From positions 1-64,000 of the forward strand of contig CAVYZN010000016.1 of assembly GCA_963773065.1 (NCBI GenBank): a stretch of 64,000 nt of DNA. Direction: 5' to 3'. The notes under the pieces were generated by a model. That model saw only the letters and a program-made list of their open reading frames with translations, did not search any database and was not told where the DNA came from. Numbering within the stretch: the first letter of the stretch is position 1; each line of letters opens with the position of its first letter. The translations under genes and the position numbers were made by a program. This document shows, piece by piece, positions 55,741 to 64,000 of the stretch. The stretch is from an uncultured Gammaproteobacteria bacterium. Lineage in GTDB: Bacteria; Pseudomonadota; Gammaproteobacteria; UBA9214.

Positions 55741-55985
55741 TCGAGGATACGCATACCGCCGATTATCCTGCCGCAACAGCAGGCCGTGGGCGTTCAGGCA
55801 TCCCCGCTTCATTTTCCCTGTCGCATGCCCGCAGGGAATAATAATTGCTGTACCGGTTTGCCGGACCCATTCCCATTCCGACCTTAATTTTCGTACAGTT
55901 AGTTGTAATATCCGCTGTCTCGCGCATTTATTTTAGCCGGCGGGATCTGACATATACTGCAGCAGTCAGAAACGGAGTAGCTCCA

Positions 55986-56786
55986 ATGCAAGTAGACGAT
56001 TGCGCACCGGCGACAATCCGGACACTGCTAGACATCATGGCCCGGCTGCGTGACCCGGATAATGGCTGTCCCTGGGACAGGCAACAGGATTTCCGCAGCA
56101 TTGCGCCCTATACCCTGGAGGAAGCCTGCGAGGTCGTTGATGCGATCGAGCGTGATGACAGGGCTGACCTTCAGGACGAGTTGGGTGATCTGTTGTTCCA
56201 GGTGGTCTATCATGCCCAGTTGGCCAGTGAGTCCGGGTGGTTTGATTTTTCCGATGTCGTGCGGGGCATCTGCGACAAGATGGTCCGCAGGCATCCGCAC
56301 GTCTTCGCCGACGTGGTTATTTCCGATGCCGATGCGCAGACCCATGCTTGGGAGAGGCACAAGCAAGGGGAGCGGGGCGAGCTTCCCGGCGGCAGCGCGC
56401 TTGACGGCGTGCCCCTTGTGCTGCCGGCGCTTATGCGTGCCAACAAGCTGCAGAAGAAGGCATCCCGCGTTGGTTTCGACTGGCCGGATATACTGGGTGT
56501 TTTCGACAAGGTGGATGAGGAACTGGACGAACTGCGCGTCGAAATCGATAACGGCCTGGATCAGGAGGCGCTGAAAGATGAGGCCGGAGACCTGTTGTTC
56601 GCCGTAGTCAACCTGGTGCGTCATGCGGGGGTGGAACCCGAATCCGCCCTGCGCCAGGCCAACAGGAAATTCACGAAACGATTTCACCAGGTTGAGAAAC
56701 ACTGTCATGAAGATGGAATCAGCGTCAGCGAAACCGATCTCGATACACTGGACTGGTATTGGGATCAGGTAAAACTTAAGGAATGA
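55986..56786 (+). CDS. mazG: Nucleoside triphosphate pyrophosphohydrolase
   Basis: LRDPDNGCPWD, EEACEV, DELGDLLFQ, RRHPHVF, GFDW, EAGDLLF. Confidence 0.96.
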   Translation: MQVDDCAPATIRTLLDIMARLRDPDNGCPWDRQQDFRSIAPYTLEEACEVVDAIERDDRADLQDELGDLLFQVVYHAQLASESGWFDFSDVVRGICDKMVRRHPHVFADVVISDADAQTHAWERHKQGERGELPGGSALDGVPLVLPALMRANKLQKKASRVGFDWPDILGVFDKVDEELDELRVEIDNGLDQEALKDEAGDLLFAVVNLVRHAGVEPESALRQANRKFTKRFHQVEKHCHEDGISVSETDLDTLDWYWDQVKLKE

Positions 56787-56907
56787 AGCGTGCGACCGCT
56801 TGCCGACCGGCGCTTGTCGATGTACAGATGTTTGGGTAACAGTAGGGCGGCATACCCCGCCGTGTACCCCATGTTCGATACACATCAGAGCCTGAGAGCA
56901 TGACAGC

Positions 56908-57726
56908 ATGACAGAGAATCATCCCGGAAACGTCATTGAAATCGAGGACCTCGTGACCCATTACGGGACCAGGGAGATCCTGAAAGGGATAAACCTTGCC
57001 ATCCGCTCGGGTGAGATCATGGTCATCATGGGAGGCAGCGGATCCGGCAAGACCACGTTGATGCGCAACCTGCTGGGGCTGAATCGCCCGACCTCGGGCC
57101 GTATTCGTATTCTTGGAAAGGACATCACACAAATCGGCACGCGTGAGCTTTATGAGCTGCGCCGCAAGATGGGCGTTGCATTTCAGGGCGGGGCCTTGAT
57201 TGGTTCCATGAGCGTCGCCGAAAACATCGAACTGCCGCTGCGCGTCCATACCAGGCTTGATGAAAAGACGATACGCATCATGACGCGCATGAAACTCGAG
57301 GTGGTGAATCTTGCCGGGTTCGAGAACCTGATGCCCTCGGAGCTTTCCGGCGGCATGCTCAAGAGAGCGGCGCTGGCGCGCTCGATCATCATGGATCCGA
57401 GCCTGCTGTTCTTCGATGAGCCATCCGCGGGACTGGATCCGGTCGTTTCCGCCGAGCTGGATGAGCTGATCCTGCGTCTCAAGGACGCGATGAGCGTCAC
57501 CATCGTTGTGGTTACCCATGAACTCGAAAGCGCCCTCAAGATTGCCGACAGGATTACGGTGCTCGGGGACGGGCGTGTGCTGATGACCGGGACGGTTGAG
57601 GAGATAGGCAATAGTACTGATGCGACGATCCAGGGCATGCTCAATCGCCGCCCCAGAGAGGAGGCGGTGAATGCGGAGGATTACCTGGCGCGACTTACCG
57701 CTGACCGCAGCCAGCGGCATTACTAG
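56908..57726 (+). CDS. mlaF: MlaF/Mkl-type ABC ATP-binding protein
   Basis: GGSGSGKT, GVAFQGGAL, PSELSGGMLKRAALAR, FDEPSAGLDP, VVTHE. Confidence 0.85.
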   Translation: MTENHPGNVIEIEDLVTHYGTREILKGINLAIRSGEIMVIMGGSGSGKTTLMRNLLGLNRPTSGRIRILGKDITQIGTRELYELRRKMGVAFQGGALIGSMSVAENIELPLRVHTRLDEKTIRIMTRMKLEVVNLAGFENLMPSELSGGMLKRAALARSIIMDPSLLFFDEPSAGLDPVVSAELDELILRLKDAMSVTIVVVTHELESALKIADRITVLGDGRVLMTGTVEEIGNSTDATIQGMLNRRPREEAVNAEDYLARLTADRSQRHY

Positions 57727-57844
57727 AGGTCCCCGGCCCTGAAATTAACCAACAATGCCAAGACGCAAAGGATTTGATTGTCAGGTTGTTAAAGTTTCAT
57801 TGCGGGCTGTGGTCTTGCGTGAAACGGTGTTATGCGACACTTGC

Positions 57845-58445
57845 CTAGGATGGCTGGTTGGCAAGTTCCCTGACTTTCTCTTCCATCTTCGCCAGCAGGC
57901 CGGTGAAGCCTTCCTTCATCACGATTTCCTGATACGAGGTGCGGTAGTTGCTGATCAGGCTTACTCCTTCGATGCTGACATCATAGACCAGCCACCGCTC
58001 ATCCTTCAGGTGCAGCTTGTAGCTGACGGGTATCTCCGCGTTGCTGGTAATGATCATGGTATCCACAACCGCGCGGTCATCCATGACCTTCTCCCGCGAG
58101 TATACCACCGTTTCGTTGGTATAGGCTTCGACCCGGCCAATATAGGTGTTCTGGATCAGTTCGGCGAACAGGTCAACGAAATGTTGTTGCTCCTCCTTCG
58201 ATGCCTTTTTCCAGTTGGTGGCGAGGGTGCGCTGGGACATGGCGCGGAAATCAAAACGCTCGGTAATCACAACCCGTATTTTCTCGCGCCTGGCCGGTTG
58301 ATCCAGTCTGTGTATCCTTGAGTATGCCGATGATGGCTTCCACCGACGTGCGCACGGACTCGGTGGCGGTGGTCCCGGCAAAAGTCGTGCTTGCCAGTGT
58401 CGTCATGAAACCGAACAGTAACGGCAGGGAGAAACGTTTCAGCAT
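57845..58445 (-). CDS. mlaC: MlaC/Ttg2D phospholipid-binding periplasmic protein, frameshift near 58300
   Basis: Signal peptide; FDFRAMSQRTL, WLVYDVSIEGVSLISNYRT. Confidence 0.88.
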
Positions 58446-58511
58446 AATCGATGCCTCCTTACGGCATACGCCGGGTTCAGGTGATAGCACGCCCGTGGTT
58501 ACGCCCATGAG

Positions 58512-59280
58512 TCAGTTCTTGACCTTGTTCTCGCGGTATTGCATATAGGCATCCCGTACAAACAAATAGGGATCCAGAGCATCCTTCTTGATGGCCTCAT
58601 AGGTATCCTTGTCCAGCGACAGGTCATTGATTTTCTCATAGCCCTTGACCTCCCAGTAAGTCCAGCCCTCAAACAGGTAGTAGAGCAGATTCATGCGTGA
58701 ATCGGCGAAGGTGCCAATGGCATCCCTGACATCCGAGGGTCCCAGTATCGGCAGCACCAGATAGAAACCCGGTCCGATGCCATAGTGTCCCAGCGTCTGG
58801 CCCGTATCCTCATCCTGTTTTCTCAGATTAAAATGGTCCTTGGCCGTATCGAACAGGCCGCCGATCCCGAGTCGTTGTATTGACGAAAAAACGGGTCAAC
58901 TCATTTCCGGCAACCGTGAACTTGCCCTGGAAGCCCGCATTAACAATTCTAACGGGTGATGCCAGGTTGGAAAAAACATTCTGCACGGATACCCGCCAGG
59001 GCTCGGGCACGGCCCACCGGTAACCCCTGGCGACCGGTTTGAAGAGGTAGAAATACAGCTTGTCGTTAAACCAGAAGATGCCGCGATTGAGGGGCTGGAG
59101 CGGGTCGGAAACACTGTATTCCTCTTGCTCCTCATCAAACGGAAACTCGTCTTCTTCATTGTTCTGTGTATCCCCGGCAGCATCGGTCTGCGTCGCTTCA
59201 ATGGCGTCAGACCCGGGGTCCAGACTCGCGGCGGTCGGTGGGTAGGTAAGCACCAGCACAAGGATAAGCAGTTTTTTCAT
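58512..59280 (-). CDS. mlaA: MlaA/VacJ family protein, frameshift near 58870
   Basis: DPLQPLNRGIFWFND, RFFVNTT, DTGQTLGHYG, LPILGPS.VRD, DPYLFVRDAY. Confidence 0.9.
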
Positions 59281-59300
59281 GGTATCCCCTGAAACCATCG

Positions 59301-59747
59301 TTATTTTTTCTCGAATATGTATTTGCTGACCAGTTCTTCCAGGCTGATGGCCGATTCGGTTTCCTGAATCTCGCCACCCGGGCCCAGATAATCTTCCGAC
59401 CCGCCGGGGGTGAGTTTGATGAAGCGGTCGCCAATAATACCGGCTGTCCTGATCGAGGCAATGCTGTCATCGCTGAGATGGACAGCCTGGCTGATATCCA
59501 TGTGGACCACGGCCTCGTAATCCTCGCCATCGAGCTCGATCCCGGACACCTTGCCCACCTTGACGCCGGCCAGTTCAACGACCGCGCCTTCCTTGAGCCC
59601 GCTGATGGAAACGAACCGCGCCGAGACCGGGTATGACTTATCCATGAACAGGCGAATATCGCCCATCTTGATGGCAATAAAGGAAAAGCTGGCAAAACCC
59701 GCCAGCAGGAAGAGCCCCACGATCATTTCCAGGTTCATTTTTTTCAT
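59301..59747 (-). CDS. mlaD: MlaD MCE-domain protein
   Basis: VGLFLLAG, GLKEGAVVELAGVKVGKV, ASIRTAGIIGDRFI. Confidence 0.92.
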   Translation of the reverse strand: MKKMNLEMIVGLFLLAGFASFSFIAIKMGDIRLFMDKSYPVSARFVSISGLKEGAVVELAGVKVGKVSGIELDGEDYEAVVHMDISQAVHLSDDSIASIRTAGIIGDRFIKLTPGGSEDYLGPGGEIQETESAISLEELVSKYIFEKK

Positions 59748-59793
59748 AACTGGCTCCAAGTCGTCCGGTCACTGAAAGCCACCGGCGGTCTTC

Positions 59794-60585
59794 TCATGAA
59801 AGCACCAGTGACCCGATCAGGTAATCCCACACGAGTATAGTGACCGAGGCGAGCACCACGGCATCGGTCGTGATGCGGCTAACCCCCTCGGCGCCGAACA
59901 CGCCGCCGCGGTTGAGGTGCAGGAAATACCCCTTAAATGAGGCTATCCAGACGATGAGTACGCCGAAGATCATGGCCTTGATGGCGCACAGGCGGATGTC
60001 CACCCATTCCACGCTGTCATACATGCCCTGGAAATACGCGCCTTTCGCCACGCCCAGGAATACGACCCCGGCAAGATAACCGCCGATGATGCCAAGGATG
60101 TTGAAGATGAAGGTCAGCGCCGGCAGCGAGATGAGCGCGGCGATGAACTTGGGTGCGATCAGGAACTTGTAGGGATCGATGGCCATGCATTCCAGTGCAT
60201 CGATCTGTTCCGAGTGGCGCATGATGCCGATTTCCGCGCAGATGGCCGATCCGGCGCGACCGATCACCATCAGCGCCGTGAGCACCGGGCCCAGCTCCTG
60301 AATGAGGCTGAGCGCGACCGCCGAGCCGAGCAGTTCCTCCGAGCCGAATTTCTTGAGGTTGTGATAGCCCTGCAATCCGAGCACCATGCCGGTAAACAGG
60401 CCGGTGACCAGGATGACGATGACCGAGCGCGCGCCGATGAAATAGACCTGCCGGATAACGGGGTAGAGGGTGTAGGGCGGTTTCAGGATATTGATCAGTG
60501 TGGTGGCGAAGAAGATGCCCATCCTGCCAGAATTCTCAAGCAGATACAGAAATTCCCGGCCGAGTTTCTCGATCGCGCCACGCAT
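59794..60585 (-). CDS. mlaE: MlaE ABC permease
   Basis: GMVLGLQG, ELGPVLTAL..GRAGSAICAEIG.M..SEQIDAL, GAEGV. Confidence 0.93.
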   Translation of the reverse strand: MRGAIEKLGREFLYLLENSGRMGIFFATTLINILKPPYTLYPVIRQVYFIGARSVIVILVTGLFTGMVLGLQGYHNLKKFGSEELLGSAVALSLIQELGPVLTALMVIGRAGSAICAEIGIMRHSEQIDALECMAIDPYKFLIAPKFIAALISLPALTFIFNILGIIGGYLAGVVFLGVAKGAYFQGMYDSVEWVDIRLCAIKAMIFGVLIVWIASFKGYFLHLNRGGVFGAEGVSRITTDAVVLASVTILVWDYLIGSLVLS

Positions 60586-60680
60586 GGATAGTAAATGCCC
60601 TGGATGTCCTTGGTGTAGTCAGCGTACCGGCAGGCGAGGGATGATAGCGCATTTCATCGACGCCGGCGGGAACGCGGTGT

Positions 60681-61007
60681 TCATGCTTTTATCCCTTCCT
60701 CGACGGTTGCATACAGGGTGAAAACCGTGTCAAGCCGGGCCAGTTCCAGGACGCGTCGGGTCGGCTCGCTGGCCGCCACCAGGGCAAACCTGCCGCCATT
60801 GCGCTTCGACGCCTGCAGTGCCTCGACCAGCGAGGCGACGCCGGAACTGTCGATGTAGGTCACGCTGGAGAGGTCAACCAGGACCCTGCCGGCGCCATCG
60901 ACGGTTTTCAGCAGGATTTCGCGGGCGGCGGGCGAGCTTTCGAGATCCACGTCGCCTTTCAATACCACGATGGATGCGCCTTGTTTTTTGATAACCTCAT
61001 GTTTCAT
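60681..61007 (-). CDS. STAS-domain anti-sigma factor antagonist
   Basis: LKGDVD, VDLSSVTYIDSSGVASL with the conserved phospho-acceptor Ser. Confidence 0.92.
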   Translation of the reverse strand: MKHEVIKKQGASIVVLKGDVDLESSPAAREILLKTVDGAGRVLVDLSSVTYIDSSGVASLVEALQASKRNGGRFALVAASEPTRRVLELARLDTVFTLYATVEEGIKA

Positions 61008-62763
61008 CTTTGTGTCTCTTGAAGAATTTTACCATCCGCAGCAGATTTCCCTGGCCGGAAGGCGCGGGAAGATACTCCACCCTGTCCATGATGTTGTGAA
61101 TCAGGCACACGCCCAGCCCGCCGGGGTGCACCTCCTTCGGCCACACGGGCTTGACCTTCTCCTGGTCAACCGGAGGGGCCGAGTCTGTCAGGCAAAATTC
61201 CAGTATGCCGTCACGGCACAGGATCTCCAACGTGGCCTCACCATCGGCGACCCCCTTATAGGCGTGGCGGACCACATTCTGGCAGGCCTCCCCGACGGCG
61301 ATGACCAGGTCCTGCGCCAGGGCGGGCGGGCAGCCGCATTTCTCGCAGGTCTCGCGCACCACCTCCCGTACCGGCTGCAGTTCTTCCGCGCGGGCCGGGA
61401 AGGTAAGGCTGACCAGTGGCTCGGCGCAGCGGTTGGCGTCGTCTTTCATCATCTGGCGTGTCGGGTCCTCCACCGCCAGGATGGTGATATCATCATGGCG
61501 TTGTTGTCCGCTGTCCCTGAGCCGCGAGACGACGGATTGAATGCGCGCGGCGGCGGAATCCGCGTTGCACTCGGTGATGATCGCCTTAAAGCCCTGCACG
61601 TCGAGCCGCTGTCCGGTCCTTACCCTGCCTTCGGTGACACCGTCCGTGAATATGTAGAGTGTGCCACCATCGAGATCGATTAGCTCCTCCCGAATACCGT
61701 TCAACCCAGGTTTCAGCGGCATGATACCGAGTGGCGGCACGCTGGCGGGCACCGGGGTGAAGCTTCCGTCGGGGCGATGTATGAGGGGCGGTTCATGGCC
61801 GGCATTGGCCAGTCGCACCCTGCCGGTGGCGGGATCCAGCATTCCGCAAACCATGGTGACAAACATGCCGTGTATGGCCGTCTCGCAGAGTTCCCTGTTG
61901 ATGGTTGCCAGCAGGGCGCCGGGATCATGTAAGGTCTTGCCCATGCAGCGGAACAGGCTGGCCGTTTTGGACATGAGCAGTGCCGCGTCCATGCCCTTGC
62001 CGGAGACGTCCCCCAGACTGAAATAGATGCGGCCGTCTTCCAGTTCGAAGTAGTCGTAGAAATCTCCCGAAACCTCGTAGGCCGGCAGGTTGATCCCACA
62101 TACCGGGAACGGCGCCGGGCGCGCCGCTGGCAGCAGGCTGCGCTGCATTTCGATGGCAAGTTCAATTTCACGGTTGACGCGTTCCTGCTGCACCAGTACC
62201 TCCGCCATGCGGGCATTCCGGACGGCAAGGGCGGCCGCCGCCGTGAGGGTCTGCAGCATCATGAGATCCGTCTCGGAAAACAGGCCGTTTCCCTCCTTTT
62301 TGTTGATGAGTTCGATGGCGCCAAGCCGGATGTTCTGGGTGCTCATGGGTGAACACAGGATGGAACGGGTGTGGAAACCGGTGGTTTCATCGACGAAGTG
62401 AGTAAAGTTCGGATCCGTACTGACATCGCGCACCATGCGGCTGGAATTTTCCCTGACGCATTGTCCCACGATCCCTTCGCTGGCCTTCAAGGTGATGCCG
62501 CGTATATCGACCGGTCCGACGCTGGCCTTGCAGGTCAGCCGCAGGCCATTGTCTTCGAGAAGAAACAGGGAACCCGCCTCGGCGTTGACATACTTGGTGA
62601 TCAGTTCGAGCGCCTTCTGAATGGTGTCCTCGATGTTGAGTGTGACCGCCAGATGGCCGCTCATCTTGGCCAGCAATTCGAGATGCCCGGCCAGCGCCGG
62701 TGACTTGCGCCGATCCAGCCGGTTTGGATCCCTGCGTTCGCCTCCCGGGGGTAAGCTTTTCAT
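60997..62763 (-). CDS. GAF + SpoIIE/PP2C phosphatase + RsbW-like kinase fusion
   Basis: GAF (D..TGFHTRSILCSP, IELINK, FSETD); PP2C (SGDFYD, GDVSGKG, NAGH, TDGVTE, DDIT); HATPase (EACQNVVRHAY, GGLGV). Confidence 0.92.
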   Translation of the reverse strand: MKSLPPGGERRDPNRLDRRKSPALAGHLELLAKMSGHLAVTLNIEDTIQKALELITKYVNAEAGSLFLLEDNGLRLTCKASVGPVDIRGITLKASEGIVGQCVRENSSRMVRDVSTDPNFTHFVDETTGFHTRSILCSPMSTQNIRLGAIELINKKEGNGLFSETDLMMLQTLTAAAALAVRNARMAEVLVQQERVNREIELAIEMQRSLLPAARPAPFPVCGINLPAYEVSGDFYDYFELEDGRIYFSLGDVSGKGMDAALLMSKTASLFRCMGKTLHDPGALLATINRELCETAIHGMFVTMVCGMLDPATGRVRLANAGHEPPLIHRPDGSFTPVPASVPPLGIMPLKPGLNGIREELIDLDGGTLYIFTDGVTEGRVRTGQRLDVQGFKAIITECNADSAAARIQSVVSRLRDSGQQRHDDITILAVEDPTRQMMKDDANRCAEPLVSLTFPARAEELQPVREVVRETCEKCGCPPALAQDLVIAVGEACQNVVRHAYKGVADGEATLEILCRDGILEFCLTDSAPPVDQEKVKPVWPKEVHPGGLGVCLIHNIMDRVEYLPAPSGQGNLLRMVKFFKRHKDET

Positions 62764-63002
62764 CTTGTTTGGGTTCTGCCGGTAGTCATAATGCGGTACT
62801 GTTTTCAGGATATGGCATTATATAGCGATTCGGGATAGCGGGTGGCGAGTGATGGATATTGGATTAAGTTGCCGGCCGTGTTAGCGCGCCGGCAGTCATT
62901 CTGTATGAACGCGATGTGTGGCCCGTTGGCTAGTCAGAATACTTCCATTCCCATGTTATTTCACGGTATTGCATGATGGTTGCGCACGCTCATTTGAATG
63001 GT

Positions 63003-64000
63003 GTGAAAACGGCTACGAGGTGCTTTTCTGCCTGGCTTCACCAGGCGCCACGCTCCACGCGCGCGCGGCGGTTGGCGCGTGTGATCTGCCTGCTCTCGTT
63101 AATCCAGCCATGCGCCCGCAATGTCCCGGCGGCAGATGACGGCACCGGTTCCGCGGCGGGGGCGGCGATTGAGCCCGCAACCCTGGCGGTCATCGTGAAC
63201 GATGCCGACCCGTTAAGCCGGCGCATCGGCGCCTATTACGCACAGCGGCGCCATATCCCGGAAAAAAATCTGATTCATGTGAGTTTCGCGCCGGGTAATG
63301 CGGACATGACGCGCGGGGAGTTCGAGCGGGTCATGGCGAGCGTGAACGCCCGGGTATCTCCATCGGTCCAGGCCTATGCGTTGGCCTGGACCGTGCCCTA
63401 CCGGGTTGATTGCATGTCGATCACCACGGCCTTCGCCGCCGGTTATGACCCGGCATTCTGCGCCTCGGGTTGCAAGGCGACGCGGGCAAGCCCCTACTAC
63501 GATTCCGACAGCCGCCGGCCCCATGATGACTACACCTGGCGTCCGGCGATGATGCTGGCCGGAACCGGTTTCGATGACGTCAAGGCCCTGATCGATCGCG
63601 GGGTTGCGGCCGATGGCGCCCATCCGCGCGGAACCGCTTACCTGGTGAGCACCAGCGACACGGCGAGAAACGTGCGCAGTCGCTTTTATCCCGGCATTAT
63701 CCTGATGCAGTCGGATCGTTTCGCAGTTGAACTGATCAAGGGCGATACGCTGCGTTACCGCACGAATGTGATGTTCTACTTCACCGGACTTGCCAAGGTG
63801 AGCGGGATTGAAACCAACCGCTATTTGCCCGGCGCCATCGCCGACCATCTGACCTCGGGCGGTGGCATATTGACGGGCAACGGGCAGATGAGCAGTCTGC
63901 GCTGGCTGGAGGCCGGGGCGACGGGAAGCTACGGCACGGTCGTGGAACCCTGTGCGTTCACCCAGAAGTTTCCGCGGCCCGACATCGTGATAAACCGCTA
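63003..64000 (+). CDS. TIGR03790-family exported protein, partial (runs off the window; absent from the ORF track)
   Basis: Open frame LAVIVNDADPLS..IGAYYAQRRHIP, PYRVDCMSITTAF, RPAMMLAG, FYFTG, GAIADHLTSGGG, GATGSYGTVVEPC; start approximate. Confidence 0.8.
   Translation, partial: MKTATRCFSAWLHQAPRSTRARRLARVICLLSLIQPCARNVPAADDGTGSAAGAAIEPATLAVIVNDADPLSRRIGAYYAQRRHIPEKNLIHVSFAPGNADMTRGEFERVMASVNARVSPSVQAYALAWTVPYRVDCMSITTAFAAGYDPAFCASGCKATRASPYYDSDSRRPHDDYTWRPAMMLAGTGFDDVKALIDRGVAADGAHPRGTAYLVSTSDTARNVRSRFYPGIILMQSDRFAVELIKGDTLRYRTNVMFYFTGLAKVSGIETNRYLPGAIADHLTSGGGILTGNGQMSSLRWLEAGATGSYGTVVEPCAFTQKFPRPDIVINR

Overview
Chromosomal window of a GC-rich Gammaproteobacterium. The lineage is inferred from the gene set (fabA-fabB, rsd, yajQ) and the waaA-tolC-pcm-thiC order. 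Roughly a third of the genes, including normally essential or core ones, are split by single-base indels, which I read as long-read consensus errors; coordinates of split genes are my reconstructions and are approximate. In order, the window holds: an LPS core/lipid A cluster (lpxL, hldE, hldD, waaA) interrupted by a complete 1580-bp IS with a 10-bp target duplication; tolC and pcm; a TPP riboswitch with thiC; an orphan MotA/ExbB-type gene pair; a lower-GC glycan-modification island ending in an IS21 scar and two paralogous Arg-rich microproteins; an ABC/CrtC-like cassette; LysR-pirin; an atypical CorA-like gene; DmeF; HipBA; a Kef-type antiporter; housekeeping genes (nadA, queD, fabAB, yajQ, yggS, Nudix, mazG); a Cys-less IscR paralogue with a lone iscU; and an Mla/MCE cluster next to a partner-switching module. 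I saw no tRNA, rRNA or CRISPR array. Best novelty candidates: (1) the stand-alone MotA/ExbB + coiled-coil ExbD-like motor, (2) the ERR/DRR microproteins and a catalytically dead REC-GGDEF protein as possible c-di-GMP binders, (3) the phospho-STAS module beside an mlaB-less Mla cluster, (4) the Cys-less IscR behind a perfect type-1 IscR site, and (5) stop-codon-anchored heptamer hairpin elements.
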